Shown piece by piece: positions 1 through 11,755 of a stretch of DNA of 64,000 nt. The DNA comes from Tubulanus polymorphus (Eukaryota > Animalia > Nemertea), in contig NC_134026.1 in the NCBI RefSeq assembly GCF_964204645.1, positions 3,805,950 through 3,869,949 on the forward strand. Direction: 5' to 3'. Made by a program: the position numbers and the translations under genes. A model generated the notes under the pieces. That model did not search any database. It was not told where the DNA came from and saw nothing but the letters and a program-made list of their open reading frames with translations. Numbering within the stretch: the stretch's first letter is position 1; each line of letters opens with the position of its first letter.

Positions 1-698
1 ATCCCTCACGATAAACCGCAAGCCTTGCCATATACCAGATTTTTGGATGTACCAGAGAACGGAATATCCGTATTTTATCTTGGAAGTACGGTAGTTGAAA
101 TTAACTCCCCATATACTGCGATACTCTTTAAATCACCAAAATCATAAGTTTTATTGTATTCTTTATCTGTAAATCCGCCAAATGTACCACCCATTGCAGA
201 CGGGATATGTATGTTGTTTAAAATGGAATTTCAGTAATATTAATGATAATCTATTGGATCTCAGAAAGAAACATATCAGACGATGAACCAGCATGTTAAC
301 AAATAATGATTGCACAATAGCTGCTCAGTAACCATTCTAGGAAAAATGTTCAGCACTTTTCGGACCTGTAGTCTCTTGTCACTTTGACTAGTATCCTCTA
401 CCTGGCTTTATTGGGAAATGTGAATGATATTCTGCCAAGAATTGTACAAATCCAACCCACCCAATTCATTTCATGTAATTTTGATACAATGCACTTCATT
501 ACCTCTAGTCAGCAGTTATTTAACACACATTCCCAGGTGAGGTATCTTATCATTGAGTATTGATGTAATTTATTAGTGATTTAAAGTATGATGTATGATC
601 TCAGCACCTTGTCACAGCAGCTAGTTTGCTGAATATTTCTGTGTTGTAATACAGTGTACATAAATTTGTTGCATATGAAATAAAACTCTTTCTTAATA

Positions 699-1940
699 CT
701 AATAACTTCTTTCGATGTTCTTCATTTTGTAAATTTCCTTGGATTTCAAATAAAAAGTGACGCGGGGGACATTATGTAGAAGAACAATGACATGGTACAC
801 CAAACCCTCTTCATTCGGATCGGTTAAATCTGGATTTGGTTCTAATCCGGATATTATTACGGTCCTGTATAGGAATGTTCGTAAAATATGTTTAATCCGG
901 ATTTCTCATAAACAATATGAAGTTCGTTGGTCTCAAATGATCCAAATTATGCAGGTTTGACTGTACCACTAGACAAGAGGTACTGTAGATGATACTTTTG
1001 ATTTTTCAGTTAGTTAAGCAATGAAACAATTTATTCTAAAAATAATCAACATCTTTATTGCATCACTTGGATATATATATATATTTATATAAATGTATGA
1101 GCTGCATTATCGCTGTGTTATGACTGATCATAAAAACATCTAAAGCTAACTTAGCTCGATCTAATATATAAAGTATTATTCCGTTGAGACATTTAAACAG
1201 GGTATTTACTTCTTGATGTAATTTAAGATTTTTGCAGCATGTGAACAAATACATGTCCTATATAGGAATATCCACTTAAAACAACCAAAAATCTTCCAAC
1301 TTTCTCACAAATTCAAAAAATTGAACAACTATAAGTGAAGAACACACTGGAATTATCTATTACAAAACTTGATTGATACTTCATGTATCCATGTTACATT
1401 TTACATCAGTTATCTAGGCCTGGTTAGATGGAAGGGTAAGCACCTAGGGAACACAGTTTCAAACCTTCTCTTGGGGAGGTAAATTTGTAGTGATATATGC
1501 CCTAATCTTCAAATCTATTCATAGACGGAATGTACGTAGCACCATACTTGAATAATAATACATGTCATAATATAAATTGATGTGTTCTGAATCAGCAGAC
1601 ACTGGAAATAATGAAATATACGCTTAATACCCAGCAGCCTCTGTGAACAACTCACTTTTCATATTAGTAAAAAATAAATGCACTAACGATTTGATTGTTC
1701 CTTTTGAAAATCTAACATTTTCTCCGTTTAAGTACGAATTTCTTAACAAAAGATCACAGTCTAAAACAACATAAACTCTTAACATAATTCAGCATATAAT
1801 ATTTCTATCATTATTTTTGGCTCTCCACATATTTGTAGATAAACAGAACTTGAATATGTATTATTCATACCGGTACAAAACCTAGTATTAAAACCATCAA
1901 CGCAAGAAATAAAAGCCACGAGAAAATGCGAAATAACAGA
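699..1940 (-). CDS. Candidate additional coding exons downstream of the adaptor stop (alternative C-terminus, readthrough extension or separate gene); product unrecognised
   Basis: Segments 1940 (or 1881)-1871, 1760-1688, 1257-1210 and 864-699 have AG acceptors and GTATGA/GTTAGT/GTAAAT donors. They join in phase without stops to give ...FCTDCDLLLRNSYLNGENVRFSKGTIKSTCICSHAAKILNYIKKTVIISGLEPNPDLTDPNEEGLVYHVIVLLHNVPRVTFYLKSKEIYKMKNIERSY*. There is no in-frame ATG near the start. Confidence 0.5.
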
Positions 1941-1943
1941 TCA

Positions 1944-4900
1944 TCATTTTCGCTTGGGAACCGGATTCTTCAAATTGAAATTAGCGTTCACCCAAGATTG
2001 ATCTTTGCTCAATGGATTCAACATATAGAATTCGACGACGTCGTTCAAAGTGCGAAAATATGTTTTCCCGAATAGATACGTCCCGTCACCTTGTACGTCG
2101 ATCGGGAAATGACGAACTTCTCCCTCGTGTAAAACGGATAAAGCATAACCGTTACCCTGAAATATATAAATATTTATCCTAAAAATTCTCAGAAAAATCT
2201 CTGCATGAAAGTGAAATAACAGCCCTGGGAGAAGTTGCTTAAAAGTTGGTTACAGTTAACTAGTGGATAAAGGTTTACTACAATTAAACTTGTAACCACG
2301 GTGTTCGTCCACCAGGTAACTCTAACCGACTTATGAGCAACTGACCCCAAGCCTCGAATGTGAGACTGAAATATGCAGCCACAAATAAAACAATAAACAA
2401 CTTATAGACAAGAAATAAGCTATTTGAGACTCATAACTTACATTCCTACGTTCCCTGACTAAAAAATCATGTTCATTGGAATGTCTGCTGAACAATGCTA
2501 ACGAATCTTTTCCGGCTAACCGACCGTGATACCAGGGATACGACGAGAATCCCGCCGGTGTCAAGTTCATCAGAGGAGGTACGACTGCCGTTTTTATACG
2601 AGGTCGTGCTTGACGTGATAAATCCTTCAACGTTTGCCGTTCGTGACCGAAAAATTTATGATACGATGACGGAGCAGGATTTCGCGATGATGGATGAGTA
2701 TAGACTTTAGTGTTCGCGGTTTCCCTCATGCTGTTGCTTCTATTTAGTTCTTTTCTTATCGGTAAAACAGTCGATACGCTTGCCGTATTCATCTCAAGAC
2801 CCGTATTGTGTTTTTTACATTTCGGCGGAACTGGAGGTGGCAACAGGGGGTCATCTTCCTCTTCTACATGCGGAGACGACGTCAACTTCGGCCGAACACT
2901 ATTTCTTGGAGCAGGAATCTGAAATGTAATGTATCGAAAATAAAACTAATGGGCCTCATTTTAGGATGATTACGACAGTCATTAACCAGTAGTATTTTCA
3001 TAAACTTACTGGTTTTTTGCAAGCAGCACTTAGAACATCAGGTGATCTGGGTGGAAGAACTGGAAAAAAGAACAATATTCATACAAGCAGCCTGTCAGCT
3101 GATACAGTTCCGCTGTGTTTTGTTAACTTCATCACTCACCATTTATCTAATGGCCCCATTGCTAAAGGTACCCCCATGGGAACAAGCCAAGAACAGCTAT
3201 GTAACTTAGTAGCTGCTAAATATTCATACATGTACCAAATCAATTGGTAATGATCTGAAAAGGATTAGTAATGAGTTATATATAGACATAAGGGGGCCAA
3301 CCCCTGGGGTTCTAATCCTTAAACAATGGGTCTATCATATTATGGTTGTAGTCCTTGATCCATAGAACCGTCGGTCACAGTGGACCGAAAAACAGATAAC
3401 ATAATCTAATCTGACGACCATCCATCAGTCTGCTATCAATATTCTACAGGCCTGCAGGAGGAATGTCTAGCTTGAATGAAAGGATGTAACTTACTCGGTG
3501 ATTTAGGTGGTAGTGTAGGTGGTGATGATGAAAGCTAAAAACAACACAAAAAACAAATCAAACATAAAATTAACAAAATAGGTTCTTAGCCAATACCGAT
3601 ACTTGAATTCTTAGAAGTAATACATATGCATATACATAATAATTCAGAGAAATTGATAATTCTCGAAATATTTACCAGTATTTTTGGAACTTCTTCTACT
3701 GGAATGTTGCGAACTTGTGAATAAGTTGTTGTCGACCAATCACCAATAACCCTAAAATATGAACGAAAACGAAATGAGAAAAGTTCCCACGCAAATATTA
3801 TCAATGATGGTATTATTAGTTAGATGCACTGTATTTAAAAGCACATACTCAGTTGAGTTTCTGGAAGTCAACTTTGTGCTGAACTGAACTTCAGTATAAT
3901 TCACAACTTCATTTCCTTCGGTTGATGGTATTGATAAACTTCGTCTACGCACAATTCTGTGGACAAAACAAATGAAATGTGTAATTCATTCTAAGCAAAA
4001 AGCACATGCACGTTACATCTCTACCGATCGATTGAGTTTAGAATTACTCACGGCATCGGCAAATTTTCTTCAGCGTCTTCTTCGTCCTCTTTATCATCGA
4101 TAAAATTGTCCGGCAGAGATGTTTCACATATATATGATACTTCACTAAATGAATACTTTCGTTTCGTCAATGCTTTTTCGGCCCCTGTGTATTTCACTTT
4201 ACTGTAAAGTGATGAATCGCTTTTATTCAAACCGCAACTAAATTTCTCATGAATCGGCATCGAGCCGTCCTCGCTTCCCTCTTCCGAGATACAGGTCTCT
4301 AGTAAAGAGTCACGTTTAGAGCACAAATCTGTACCAGTATCGCTTTGGTCTCCGAGGACCATGTAGATATTTTCTTCTGCTGCACTGTCTGAAAGCGACA
4401 AGGACGAGAGGCCAAGTTCGGTACAAATGTCAACTTTAGTAGAAACTATGTCGGCGCTATCAATCGACCCATTTTGAGATGATTCTGCCGCATTTTCGTT
4501 TGTTTTATCCGAGGTCTTTGCCTCCGTATCTAGTGAGTCATTTGACGCCATGGAAATCATTGAAGTACGCCTGGGGGGTGTAGGTTTCCAATATTTCCGT
4601 GGTTCCTTAAAACTGGAATTCATGAATTGCAGCAGATCCTGAAATGTTTCGATTATCTCATAACTTGATTTTTATCATTTCACTGTTCAATAAGCTTATG
4701 CACATGCATGATAACGCATATATATCTCCCTTTTTACACTGATGCCTCCTTATCAGAAAGCTTTTGACACAAATTGAATAATTAAATATTAGAATGAGGA
4801 AGATATTTATACAATACACCAATATACATTATATATTTCATCAAATTTAACTAAATGCGGAATGAACGTTTGGTTTGAATACCTGATGCACAGCAGAATT

Positions 4901-7900
4901 TGATGGTTTTCTGTGTAGATTTCTTACATGGTCTGCGGGTATAAAACCAACCTTGTCATCAATTCTACATATGAGAAAATTCATATTCAATACATCATCC
5001 CAATTCCTGTTTTTCAGGGGAATATCGTTTTAAAGTTATGAAATACATTTCGAATATTCAGAAAAAATTAAGTATATTTAGGCATTTAGAACCATATCAG
5101 AAACAAATAAAAAATCTAACATTGTGAAACCTGTTTAAATCCAAAAACAGCAATAGGCGGATGTTTTTATCTCCCATTGGAAACTGGCCCAGGCTTTTAT
5201 TACTCACTTCACTTGAAACCATCCGTCAAAGGTAGTCGATAACACCACGACTGTTTGTCCTCGTTTATAGGATATTTCACTTTCACTCTGCGCTTCATAA
5301 TCACATAACGTTTCGAAACTTCCTACTAAAATACAAGAGATACGCTTAACCGACAATACCACGACACATACTAACAATGGTCTTTGTGATTACTAAGTGT
5401 TGTCATCTTTTTTTCTGTGATCTCGTATTACCGTTTTATCATGCTTCGAAAAGGATAGTTGAAAAAATTTCCCAGACCCTGTATTCACAGTAAACTTATA
5501 CTTGCGCGTCATTTCAAAATTGGGCCAGTCTCAATAACATGCAGGTGCCACCACAAAGGCGAGTGTAAATTTTTCAAAAGCATTGAATATTGAACGAAAC
5601 AGGAAGTTAAATCGTGTGTCAAATGTCGCTTACATGTACGTCAATGTATCGCAATCAATGCTTTTACCGAGAAAACCATAAAACAGGAAATGATAGGAAT
5701 AAACGATATAGATTCAACTAACGATTCACATATATATATGTACCGCGGTATCGTAATACTTTTTGTAGCAGAATCGTTTTTTCTTTCATGCAATTCAGTT
5801 ATAACTTACAGGGTGATTTGTTCTTCTTTTCCACTTCCACATTATCTACATCTTGTTGGTCCGCTGGTACCAGATAGTTACCCGGTGCCCAGCCTTGTTC
5901 TCCGGTTTTCTCGCAAATAATCAACCACCATCCTGGATTAGTACAAAAAAAATTAGCAACTAAGTCAATCAGTATCATTTGTGATGTTATTCTTTCAAAA
6001 GGAAAACATCTTTACCCAAATGCTATAAAAATTCAACGAATTCAAAGCAATTTTCCGGTCCTTTTTATGCATTGTTATACACTACGAAATTGGCACAAAC
6101 TTATTAACATATCATTGAGGTAAACCCAAGATAGAACATTCATGAACTGTATGTCGAGTAAATAGTTTTATCATATAAATGACACTTAGCTGGGTTAAGT
6201 CATGTTTCACCCACATTTTACAGTTCAATATCATATGTTTAATACATATATATATATATCTATATACCAGATATTGTAATACATGTAGCTATAACTCAAA
6301 ATTCGTAAATTCTTATTAATGACTCTTGTTAATCCATTACTCATATCATTACCATTCCTTACTTGATTTTCAGTTAAAAACTGTAGAAGGCCAAAATAAA
6401 AAACTACATTTAGTGGATTATGTACATATGTATTAAAAGTAACAAAACCAATTATTGGTATGATGGTTATTGTTTCATTATTGGGGGTAACTGTTACAAA
6501 TGATATTGGCGAGTAATTAAGCGTCACGCATACCTGATAAATGTTTTTCTATGACTGTTACTCTATCACCGATGAGCAGATCTGCTTCGTTGTAACGCGT
6601 TTTTGAGAAGTTCGCCGTGGCCATATATTGACTCAGCGTAAGACTAGCGTCGATGTTTACTGATTTATTGTCACCGCTCGAACACACGGTCAGTTTCGTG
6701 TAGTAGCTCTCTTGGTCAGCGATGTCGGGCGCCGAATCCGAGGTCGCGGGTACTTTAAGATTTTCGGTCGAACGTGACTTGTTGAATTTTTTAAGCAGCT
6801 GATGATCGTCGAGAAATTTAGAAAATTTCGCCGACCAACTAAATTCAAGGAATAAGGAATTTTGAATAGGATTTCTGGCAACAAGTGTTTGACCATAGTC
6901 TTTATATCATTAAATTTTCATAATTTCATTTACAGACTGCAATTAGGGTGATTTCAATTTCGTCGCCCCTTAAATCTATGGTACTAAAATGAATAGATTC
7001 TGCCAAAACCATTTTGCATTTACCTGAATCTGTTTTGATTCTTGTTCAATTTATCGAATTCAATTTGACAGAAATCGCTGTCCCATGTCTCAAAGAACGA
7101 AGTTACTGAAATGCGTGAACTGATGTCTTCGGGTAACTCAATTATTTTCTGAAAAATGCACACAAAAATACTTATAATAATTAAGGCTAAAAAATTGATA
7201 CTTTGTTTCTCATTTCTACTAAGCTTAAAGTCGACCCGGCTGGACACCAATATACCCTATCGTACATTCTACTTTTCTTAAAATCATGATCAAGCTAGTC
7301 ATAACAGACCCAGCAGCTTAAGAAATTAACAGATTTTATGGCAGTTTACAAAAGTGACCAAGCTGATTAGGAGAAACAAGGTATCATTTTATTTTAGCCA
7401 AACAATGTACAGTAGACTGAATTCAACAATACTTTTCAATACACTTTTTACGAACCTTACAAAATTCCTCGATCATAGTGGCTCTTTTATTTGCAGTTTC
7501 TTTGCCGACCCAATTTCTTCCGAAAAATGAAATTGCTATAATGATAAAAAATATAATTCCTCAAAAAATAGATGAAATACGGGATTAAATTCCAAGAATC
7601 TATATTCACACCATTCCATTACTTGGAAGTTCTGGAAGAATTATGTCCGTTCTAGATTTCAAGATATCTTTGAACTCTTCTTTAATCAATGCCTATGGAA
7701 AGAAAATTATGAGAAATAATCAGATCGAATGATTTAAACATCTGCATAAGGCTATACCAGCAATCAATTTTTAAATCATATTTTTCTACGAACCAGAAAG
7801 TCGAAAAAGCTGCTGAACTTGCGGTATATAGGATGCTTCACACCATCTGACCAACTGACGGACAATATATATACCTGAATTTGATGGAAAAATTAAAACC

Positions 7901-8432
7901 TACATATACATGTATGAGTACATTATTCGCGTCTCAATTGTTAATTGCACCTTCATAAACACGAAATGTATCGCTCAAAATCATGTTAACAAATATTAGC
8001 TGATCATAAACCTACATTATTGCTTTGTATTACTCATGCATTGCACCAGATAAATTATTTCACAACTATACCGGTACTACCAGTTTATACAAATGACGAA
8101 ACTGATCATAATCATGATAATTATAATGATAGTTCTGTAATTAATATAGAACTATGCCTATGTAATAGCATGAAGTTGTTAGTTTATAAGAAGTGGTAGA
8201 TATTAAAGAAGTACCCAAAATCAAAACATCATAGTTTATACAACATCAATTATCATTGTAATATAGATATGGAAAAGGCTGCTTTCGAATCCCGAACTCT
8301 TTGTGTGGTCTCGTTTTAAGTTTACAATAATTTAAACTACTAAATTATATATTTAAAGCTTACATAATGACTGGTCGGACAAGTCCTTTTCTCGAGTGAA
8401 ATGCACACCACATCGACAACGCGTCGAGCCAT
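1944..8432 (-). CDS. PX-SH3-SH3-...-SH2 cytosolic adaptor (SH3PXD2/Tks- and NCF1/p47phox-like N-terminus), 16 coding exons, about 867 aa
   Basis: Hand-built GT-AG exons, all in phase: 8432-8364, 7874-7794, 7692-7623, 7535-7456, 7148-7024, 6838-6534, 5932-5810, 5325-5208, 4964-4883, 4638-4052, 3956-3849, 3751-3676, 3534-3495, 3059-3010, 2918-2442, 2156-1944 (2604 nt). PX: MARRVVDVVCISLEKRTCPTSHY-VYILSVSWSDGVKHPIYRKFSSFFDFL...LPELP...KRATMIEEFCKKIIELPEDIS. SH3-1: YMATANFSKTRYNEADLLIGDRVTVIEKHLSGWW...GWAPGNYL. SH3-2: FETLCDYEAQSESEISYKRGQ...DGWF...GFIPADHV. SH2: PWYHGRL...FLVRERRNGNGYALSV...VRHFPI...YFRTLNDVVEFY. An alternative in-frame ATG lies at 8450. Confidence 0.9.
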
Positions 8433-9309
8433 GATTGAATCCGTCTGCATCGTGTACGTGTGCGACTCATACTCAACTAATGCTAAAAAATACAAACAGG
8501 AACTGGTAAACTATGAGTGTAACATTCAGAATAGAATTCTTGCAATTGCGTTTTATCTGTGACGTGCGTGATGTGGATGTTTTCACAGCAATTCAAAAAT
8601 GCAATACGGGCAAATGTATATAATGCACAATACTTTTTAAATCTTTATAGGGATTGGACTCTCTTATTCATTTGATTGGTAGTTGATTTGATTCGTATTG
8701 CCAGTATTGGTTCGCTAACCCTTACAAACACATTTGCCGTGAGGAGAGCGAGACACTTGGTTCTAACTAAACCCTGAAAAACTACATTTGAAATATCATC
8801 TCATTAACAGTCGAGGATCATCCAGGATAGCACATTTTTTTTCTTAATTGACCAAAATGCAACTCCGTGTGCTGGCACTGACTAGTGACTGACTGCCACT
8901 GGGGCCTTTAGACTAAAATTTAGGCCTACTAGTCCTACAATTAAACTCGGGGTAATTGTTCTGTAGTGCTGGTGTGTGAAGCCTAAATAGTATGCTATAT
9001 ACACTACTACAATAGTGTATTGTTGTCAATAATGTCAATGGCTGTTGTGTGTCCAGCTATAGCATGCTGGACGGAGTCGGAATTAACGCATAAAAATTGC
9101 ATTTGATTGAAATTCAAGTCAGTGGCAAAATAAAGGCCGCGATAGATATAACACAAACCCGAATCATAGGCATACTGCTGTTCTCGTCCAACCGCTTGCA
9201 GTACTTACAGTACTGTGAAGTGAAGGTATGTAGTAAGTGTGTGGTGAGCGTTACAGAAAACAAAATTCTTTACTCTGATGGTCGGATGTAATATTTAGAA
9301 TGGCGGGAA

Positions 9310-9632
9310 TTCAATCGTCACACACGTGCTCACCGGCCGGGATCAACCGTCACGCACGTGCTCGCCGGGCCCAACCGTCACGCACGTGCTCTCACCGGCC
9401 GGGATCAACCGTCACTCGCGTGCTCACTGGGATCAACCGTCACACACGTGCTCACCGGCGGGATCAACCGTCACGCGCGCGCTCACCGGATCAATCGTCA
9501 CCGTGCTCACCGGCGGGATCAATCGTCACCAAGCTCACCGGCGGGATCAACCGTCACGCGAGCGCTCACCGGGATCAACCGCACGTGCTCACCGGGATCC
9601 CGTCATGCGCGTGCTCACCGGGCCGGGATCAA
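9310..9632. repeat. GC/CpG-rich degenerate minisatellite, unit about 25-33 nt (GTGCTCACCGGCGGGATCAACCGTCACGCAC-like), about 11 copies
   Basis: Directly visible recurrences of gctcaccgg and gatcaaccgtcac. These explain the three overlapping repetitive ORFs at 9300-9682. Confidence 0.95.
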
Positions 9633-11755
9633 GACCTACTCAATTAGCAGGCCTACGTAGTAAACAAATTGTTAAAATTTAAGCTTTGAGAAACTGGACT
9701 GTATAGCCTGCAGGCTCAAAGAATTGTCCTGAAGAACTTAGTTTTTGTTCTGGGAGCCTGACACCTACAAATGATTTATACCCCCGGTACGTTGATAGGG
9801 TGGTGGACCGGGTCGGACTGCCAAGAAAATCTTAAGAGAAATAGACTAAAAGTATGCAAATCCAAATAGGGCTTACGGCCAAGAAAAACCCTCTAGATTT
9901 TCTGCTGTGGGAAAGCCGCCCCACATGTTCGCTTGCAGCCCTCGCATTGCCCTTTTCAAATTAAGAGTGCCCATTCCTATCAAAGCCCGACCCTTCTAAG
10001 AATCCTAAATCCACCCTTGTAGTTTATTTTCCTTCCAATCTAACGGATAGAATGTGAAAATTCATTGAAATTAAAATGATCAATGACCATCCATCATGCA
10101 CCAATTTAACCTCTCGATAATAGCCTGCAACCTGTCCTAATCGCTGACCTGTTAGTGCTATTATTGAAACAAATCTATTTTACAAATTATATATTTCACT
10201 GTTGAGTAGTTACGTGTAGAATTTTTGGGCCGTAACTTGTGATGGAAATAAAAGCACCCGCGTGCAATGTAAAATGGCAATCATCAGTAACAGCTGATTG
10301 CCATAAAAATATATATGAAGAAAACAGTTGCCGCTTTCTAGTGTATGATCTCGGGGGCTGAAAATTTCATTATCACCTTACGTTTCAATCAATAATATCG
10401 TGTCAAAATTGCATCAAAATCGAAATTGCATCAAAAAGTTAGTTTGATTAGAAAATGTAGATTTTGTTTGTTAAAATCCGTTTTGGGGGGGGGGGGCAAT
10501 TTTCAGTAGAAATTCACTCTCAGAATCAGCGAAATGTGAATTACGAAAATACCATGTTTGAAATGTCATTAAACTAATATGAAAACAAGTTTTCTGAATT
10601 CGTTGAGTGTGATACTGCTAGATGAGGTGCGCGGTCCGGTTAAGCAATCCTCGTTGGAGTCACTGGTTGGATGAGGTCTACCCAGAAAAATGTCACGTGC
10701 TTTACCACCGCATTTAAAGGTCCTTCTGAACAAAATACTGCCGGTTGCGCCGCTATCATCGGCAAAACAATTTCATTACACCCCCTTCTTAAATACGGAA
10801 CGTAACGTTCATTACGATGTTTTAGCACAATGAGTTTTTCAATTATTGTTACGACATATGTTGCGGTTGTCGCACCAGTGGCTACAATCATGAATTTTGC
10901 TCTGAATTCTGGAACAATAATTGTTCATCCCTTGGCTTTGGTGTTTTTGCGTATGGTCATGCGTGGTAGTGTATTTAACGCGTAATGATGACACCATTCG
11001 GACTCTATACAATAAGACCAGTTGTAGTATACAACTAGTTGCACAGTGTCACGTCGGGAGCTGCAACACTGAAGAACATGGTCCGAAAATTGATGATTGG
11101 GTACGTTCTCTAAATTTTCGAGTGTTAGATTTAAAAAAAGGTCATTTCGATTTCGCAATGAAGTTCCTAGGGAATACGTTGGGATTATAACATTTGCTTC
11201 ATTCCTACATGAAGAATTTGCGTCAATTTTCATTTTCCCATGTCATGTTATCAGAAAATATCTTGTCATCAAGAATACATTTTCTCAAAATTAGCGTTTT
11301 TGTGACAGGCTGTGATATGATCATCACACGTCAATTTCTTTCATCATTTCATCATTTTTCGACGACCTATCTATCTTTACACAATCTACGTTTTCATCGA
11401 ATCTCTTTTTCTTGGACCTTTTTTCCACTGAAAAAAATGAATAACACGCATGGTGTGTAATATAAATGTATACAAAATCGGAATATTACCAATATTTGGA
11501 CGTTCTATGTTTGATGACCATAAACTATCATTGCAGCTGTTCAGATTTCCATTTCATAATATGTGTATGATACAAAACTGTAATTAGGGTCAATATTAAA
11601 TAAGCAGGTTTAAAATGGGACGTAGACGATTATGGAAATATGATGCATTTTCTTGAAATCCACAATGTGGTGGAGGGTCTCGTCCAGCCACTAATACATG
11701 TATATAATATTTATGAATCCTTGGGGGAGTAATTGGAAAGTAAATTTTTAGGTTC

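Noticed and set aside
1-147. 48-codon open frame from the window edge on the + strand
   Set aside because: No recognisable motif and no splice context visible; it cannot be supported.
951-964. caggtttgactgta, resembling a Tc1/pogo-type terminal inverted repeat
   Set aside because: No matching partner end found nearby; too short to call an element.
1871-1948. Transmembrane-like peptide (LLFRIFSWLLFLALMVLILGFVP) in another minus-strand frame after the SH2 stop
   Set aside because: Explained by T-rich composition; I found no convincing way into that frame.
9300-9682. Three overlapping ORFs of 100-118 aa, and a CRISPR-like look of the repeats
   Set aside because: They are translations of a minisatellite. 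There are no unique spacers or cas genes, and the context is eukaryotic.
10640-11460. Several overlapping ORFs of 65-100 aa, some Cys-rich or hydrophobic
   Set aside because: No domain similarity and no consistent exon chain; at most an unrecognised 5' exon of the protease gene.
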